Shown here: piece by piece, positions 62,567 through 64,000 of the stretch
How positions within the stretch are numbered: position 1 is the stretch's first letter
Layout: the number at the start of each line of letters is the position of its first letter
Assembly (NCBI RefSeq): GCF_964355755.1
Contig: NC_092672.1
Location: forward strand, 27,348,437 to 27,412,436
DNA: 64,000 nt
Reading direction: 5' to 3'
Source: Antedon mediterranea
Lineage: Eukaryota > Animalia > Echinodermata
Position numbers and translations under genes: made by a program
Notes under the pieces: model-generated
Told to the model about the DNA's origin: nothing
Database searches by the model: none
The model's input: only the letters and a program-made list of their open reading frames with translations

Positions 62567-64000
62567 TTATTTCCCTTTTCCTTTCTCTCTCTTTACATCA
62601 GATGTGGTATCCAACATCATGTGATTAGGATGTATTATTTTAACCAATCGTCCTATTTTAACTTCATACTTTCTTGGACCTAATACCTTTATTACTATGC
62701 CATTTAGCCATTTATCTTGTCCTTTACCTTGTGTTCTCATGTTTTTCACTTTTACTTTGTCTGACACTGAAAAGATTCTTTCTGATTGTGTTTTAGGATC
62801 TTTATGTAGTTTTTGGCTATATTGTTTACATTCTATTCGTTCTGCTAAACTAGGATTTACTAATGACAGTCTTGTTCTTAAATTTCGTTTCAGAAATAAT
62901 TCAGATGGTGTACACTTAGTAGTTGTATGAGGTGTCATTCTGTATCTGAATAAAAAGTTAGCTAGTCTAACTTTGATATTATCCTTTTTGCCTTCAATCA
63001 CTTGTTTTGTTAACGCCTCTTTAATTACTCTAACCGATCTTTCGGCAGCCCCATTTGTGGGTGCATGATAAACAGGTGAAAACGTTAATGCAATACCATT
63101 ATTTTGGCAAAATATTTTAAAGTCTGTACTTGCAAACTGAGGACCGTTATCACAAACAATTTCCTCGGGTAAACCGAAACGTGCAAATATTAGTTTTAGT
63201 TCCTCAATGGTTCTAGTACTTGTGGTTGTTTTCATATGAACTACCTCTAACCACTTTGAGTGACTATCAATTAACACTAAGAAATTATCTTTATCCTTCT
63301 CATAAAAATCAATGTGAATTCTCTGGAATGGTCTAGTTGGCCATTTCCAAGGAATAAGTGGTGTGGTAGGTAAACTACTCCTAACACTTAACCATATTCT
63401 CAATATCTAGATCAAGCTTAGGCCACCACAGGTATGATCGGGCAATTGCCTTCATCTGGCAAATTCCAGGGTGTTCCCAATGTAATTCTGTTAGCATTTA
63501 ATCTCGTAATTCAGTAGGAATAATAACTCTAGGACCTCATAATAGGCAATTTCCAACACATGTTAGCTCAATCTTTCTCTGTACAAATGGTTTCAAACTA
63601 TTATTTTCACTTAGAAGTTTACATGCAGCCTCATTAGGCCATCCTTGCTTTACATAATTAAGTACCTTACTTAAAGTTTCATCTTTAATAGTCTTTCGTT
63701 CAATTTCATCTGCTTTGATTGGAAAGTCTTCATCAATACTGATACTGTAGATCGCATGTTCAAGTTGTTGGGTTTCTTCTTTATGTGGTAAGCGCGATAA
63801 TGCGTCTGCCACTGCGTTATCCTCTGAACGTATGTATTCTATTTTGTAGTTGTATTCGTTAAGTAGTAACGCCCACCGTTGGATTCTACTAGCTGCCACT
63901 ACCGGCACCTCGGTGGTTGGACCTAGTATCTTAGTTAATGGTTTGTGGTCCGTACGAATCGTAAATTTTCGACCTATGAGATACTTGTTAAAGCGCTTGA
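62567..64000 (-). mobile_element. Ty3/Gypsy pol 3' part (RNase H end, integrase), degenerate, continues beyond window
   Basis: TDHKPL, RIQRWALLL, VADALSRLP, RIHIDF, DNGPQF, NGAAER; stop and deletion in the zinc-finger region. Confidence 0.92.

Overview
AT-rich animal genomic DNA with spliceosomal GT-AG introns and many transposons; frequent TAGGCCTA motifs hint at an echinoderm-like invertebrate (inference only). Left to right: (1) an intronless clan-3 cytochrome P450 (+, 2182-3735). (2) A tandem duplication of the 14-exon DCAF17 gene (minus strand), which the ORF track shows only as fragments. Copy B (34694-43349) reconstructs to an intact 491-aa protein. Copy A (5376-25752) is disabled by a MITE in exon 1, a near-complete Rex/Babar-type LINE in exon 10 and a TGC>TGA stop. 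(3) In intron 1 of copy A, a Penelope-like element enclosed by about 1.4-1.5 kb inverted repeats whose inner ends are hammerhead ribozyme motifs, with a third, different hammerhead beside the right arm. (4) Two degenerate, apparently nested Gypsy LTR elements between the copies, one carrying a 9x25-bp array of AP-1 sites. (5) An intronless cGAS-like/Mab-21 nucleotidyltransferase (46182-48179) with a degenerate partial duplicate. (6) A 6-exon secreted C-type lectin with an acidic N-terminal region (minus, 52158-59203). (7) The 3' end of another Gypsy element running off the window. Helitrons, MITEs, SINEs and LINE fragments fill the introns. Exon models were translated by hand and family calls rest on recalled motifs; no database search was run.
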